64,000 nt of DNA, taken from contig MU054220.1 of NCBI GenBank assembly GCA_013239625.1, positions 6,308,626 through 6,372,625 of the forward strand. Reading direction: 5' to 3'. Under the pieces are notes generated by a model. That model worked only from the letters and a program-made list of their open reading frames with translations. It had not been told where the DNA came from and searched no databases. Origin of the DNA: Lama guanicoe (taxonomy: Eukaryota). Made by a program: the position numbers and the translations under genes. Of this stretch, positions 61,502-64,000 are shown in pieces (the stretch's first letter is position 1; each line of letters begins with the position of its first letter).

Positions 61502-63877
61502 TTTTTTTTTTTTTTACATTTTTTATTGATTCATAATCATTTTACAGTGTTGTGTCAAATTCCAGTGTTCAGCACAATTTTTCAGTCATTCATGGACATA
61601 TACACACTCATTGTCACATTTTTTTCTCTGTGATTTATCATAACATTTTGTGTATATTTCCCTGTGCTATACAGTGTAATCTTGTTTATCTATTCTACAA
61701 TTTTGAAATCCCAGTCTATCCCTTCCCACCCTCTACCCACCCCCCCCGGTAACCACAAGTCTGTATTCTCTGTCCATGAGTCTATTTCTGTCCTGTATTT
61801 ATGCTTTGTTTTTGTTTGTTCGTTTGTTTTTGTTTTTTAGATTCCACATATGAGCGATCTCATATGGTATTTTTCTTTCTCTTTCTGGCTTACTTCACTT
61901 AGAATGACATTCTCCAGGAGCATCCATGTTGCTGCAAATGGCATTATGTTGTCGGTTTTTATGGCTGAGTAGTATTCCATTGTATAAATATACCACCTCT
62001 TCTTTATCCAGTCACCTGTTGATGGACATTTAGGTTGTTTCCATGTTTTGGCTATTGTAAATAGTGCTGCTATGAACATTGGGGTGCAGGTGTCATCCTG
62101 AAGTAGATTTCCTTCTGGATACAAGCCCAGGAGTGGGATTCCTGGGTCATATGGTAAGTCTATTCCTAGTCTTTTGAGGAATCTCCACACTGTTTTCCAT
62201 AGTGGCTGCACCAAACTGCATTCCCACCAGCAGTGTAGGAGGGTTCCCCTTTCTCCACAGCCTCTCCAGCATTTGTCATTTGTGGATTTTTGAATGACGG
62301 CCATTCTGACTGGTGTGAGGTGATACCTCATTGTAGTTTTGATTTGCATTTCTCTGATAATTAGTGATATTGAACATTTTTTCATGTGCTTTTTGATCAT
62401 TTGTATGTCTTCCTTGGAGAATTGCTTGTTTAGGTCTTCTGCCCATTTTTGGATTGGGTTGTTTATTTTTTTCTTATTGAGTCGTATGAGCTGCTTATAT
62501 ATTTTGGAGATCAAGCCTTTGTCGGTTTCACTTGCAAAAATTTTCTCCCATTCCGTAGGTTTTCTTCTTGTTTTATTTCTGGTTTCCTTTGCTCTGCAGA
62601 AGCTTGTAAGTTTCATTAGGTCCCATTTGTTTATTCTTGCTTTTATTTCTTCTAGGAGAAAATTTTTGAAATGTATGTCAGATAATGTTTTGCCTATGTT
62701 TTCCTCTAGGAGGTTTATTGTATCTTGTCTTATGTTTAAGTCTTTAATCCATTTTGAGTTGATTTTTGTATATGGTGTAAGGGTGTGTTCTAGCTTCATT
62801 GTTTTACATGCTGCTGTCCAGTTTTCCCAACACCATTTGCTGAAGAGACTGTCTTTATTCCATTGTATATTCTTGCCTCCTTTGTCGAAGATGAGTTGAC
62901 CAAAAGTTTGTGGGTTCATTTCTGGGCTCTCTATTCTGTTCCATTGGTCTATATGTCTGTTTTGGTACCAATACCATGCTGTCTTGATGACTGTAGCTCT
63001 ATAGTATTGTCTGAAGTCTGGGAGAGTTATTCCTCCAGCCTCTTTCTTTCTCTTCAGTAATGCTTTAGCAATTCTAGGTCTTTGATGGTTCCATATAAAT
63101 TTTATTATGATTTGTTCTAGTTCTGTGAAATATGTCCTGGGTAATTGGATAGGGATTGCATTAAATCTGTAGATTGCCTTGGGCAGTGTGACCATTTTAA
63201 CAATATTGATTCTTCCAATCCAAGAGCATGGAATATCTTTCCATTTTTTAAAGTCTTCTTTAATTTCCTTCATCAATGGTTTATAGTTTTCTGTGTATAA
63301 TTCTTTCACCTCCTTGGTTAGATTTATTCCCAGATATTTTATTACTTTGGGTGCTATTTTAAAGGGGATTGTTTCTTTACTTTCTTTTTCTGTTGATTTA
63401 TCGTTAGTGTAAAGAAAGGCAACTGATTTTTGAACATTAATTTTGTAACCTGCTACCTTGCTGAATTCTTCGATCAGCTCTAGTAGCTTTTTTGTGGACC
63501 TTTTAGGGTTTTCTATATATAGTAACATGTCGTCAGCATATAATGACACTTTTACCTCTTCTTTTCCAATTTGGATCCCTTTTATTTCTTTCTCTTGCCT
63601 GATTGCTGTGGCTAGGACTTCCAGGACTATATTGAATAGGAGTGGTGATAGTGGGCATCCTTGTCTTGTCCCAGATTTTAGTGGGAAGCTTTTGAGTTTT
63701 TCACCGTTGAGAACTATGCTGGCTATAGGTTTGTCATATATAGCTTTTATTATGTTGAGATATGTTCCCTCTATACCCACTTTGGTAAGAGTTTTTATCA
63801 TAAATGGGTGTTGAATTTTATCAAATGCTTTTTCTGCATCGATTGAGATGATCATGTGGTTTTTGTCCTTTCTTTTG
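61502..63877 (-). mobile_element. Young 5'-truncated LINE-1 (about 2.4 kb) with poly(A) tail
   Basis: T14 at 61502-61515; AATAAA-containing 3' end; 3' UTR with G-rich tract; uninterrupted ORF2 up to the truncation point. Confidence 0.97.
61837..63855 (-). CDS. ORF2: LINE-1 ORF2p, C-terminal 672 aa (RT core plus CCHC C-terminal domain); N-terminally truncated, no endonuclease
   Basis: Motifs [56 protein letters not shown]; the frame stays open upstream (KRKDKNH) to the junction; not autonomous. Confidence 0.93.
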   Translation of the reverse strand: MIISIDAEKAFDKIQHPFMIKTLTKVGIEGTYLNIIKAIYDKPIASIVLNGEKLKSFPLKSGTRQGCPLSPLLFNIVLEVLATAIRQEKEIKGIQIGKEEVKVSLYADDMLLYIENPKRSTKKLLELIEEFSKVAGYKINVQKSVAFLYTNDKSTEKESKETIPFKIAPKVIKYLGINLTKEVKELYTENYKPLMKEIKEDFKKWKDIPCSWIGRINIVKMVTLPKAIYRFNAIPIQLPRTYFTELEQIIIKFIWNHQRPRIAKALLKRKKEAGGITLPDFRQYYRATVIKTAWYWYQNRHIDQWNRIESPEMNPQTFGQLIFDKGGKNIQWNKDSLFSKWCWENWTAACKTMKLEHTLTPYTKINSKWIKDLNIRQDTINLLEENIGKTLSDIHFKNFLLEEIKARINKWDLMKLTSFCRAKETRNKTRRKPTEWEKIFASETDKGLISKIYKQLIRLNKKKINNPIQKWAEDLNKQFSKEDIQMIKKHMKKCSISLIIREMQIKTTMRYHLTPVRMAVIQKSTNDKCWRGCGERGTLLHCWWECSLVQPLWKTVWRFLKRLGIDLPYDPGIPLLGLYPEGNLLQDDTCTPMFIAALFTIAKTWKQPKCPSTGDWIKKRWYIYTMEYYSAIKTDNIMPFAATWMLLENVILSEVSQKEKEKYHMRSLICGI

Positions 63878-63914
63878 CTGGTCTAAAAGTACAGTTAAAA
63901 TATTGGGGAAGAAG

Positions 63915-64000
63915 GAGTGCTGTTGTCAAATGCTTTTGGAAATTCTGGGTTAACACAGGAAACATCACTTTAATTCAGGGCCTCTCAGAGATACTAATAT
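63915..64000. mobile_element. hAT DNA transposon fragment (MER103-like), running off the right edge
   Basis: 'gtcaaatgcttttggaaattctgggttaa...tctcagagatactaatat'. Confidence 0.4.

Noticed and set aside
818..61752. Remaining 60-130 aa ORFs in the track
   Set aside because: Lengths expected by chance; many start at non-ATG codons or run through repeats and microsatellites; none resembles a protein I recognise
62339..63814. Plus-strand ORFs of 186, 65 and 118 aa
   Set aside because: Antisense shadows of L1 ORF2; their hydrophobic composition comes from the T-rich strand
1..64000. CRISPR arrays, operons, rRNA, NUMT or internal ERV genes
   Set aside because: No regularly spaced repeats, no prokaryotic gene density, no recognisable rRNA or mitochondrial sequence; all LTRs seen are solo

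Overview
Mammalian nuclear DNA, AT-rich and repeat-rich, with no CpG island. Three tRNA-derived Vic-1-type SINEs and young L1 3' ends point to a camelid (alpaca/llama/camel). The window looks like the interior of a large intron or an intergenic region, and I could not recognise any host protein-coding exon. The only convincing coding sequence is a 5'-truncated but uninterrupted L1 ORF2 (61837-63855, minus strand) in a young LINE-1. The rest is ancient MIR, L2 and L3 fragments, MaLR (MLT1) solo LTRs, an ERV1-like LTR, hAT MITEs, L1s of several ages, microsatellites, and several repeat-free, motif-dense blocks that resemble conserved non-coding elements. I found no convincing new multi-gene system. 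The most unusual structures are retrotransposition oddities: a TSD-flanked young/old L1 chimera, a ~1.15 kb non-repeat retroposed insert splitting an old L1, a 15-nt SINE stub between direct repeats, and a young L1 with YADD and essentially no TSD. There are also a few candidate exons. Repeat family names come from recalled consensus sequences, not a database search, and old-repeat boundaries are approximate.
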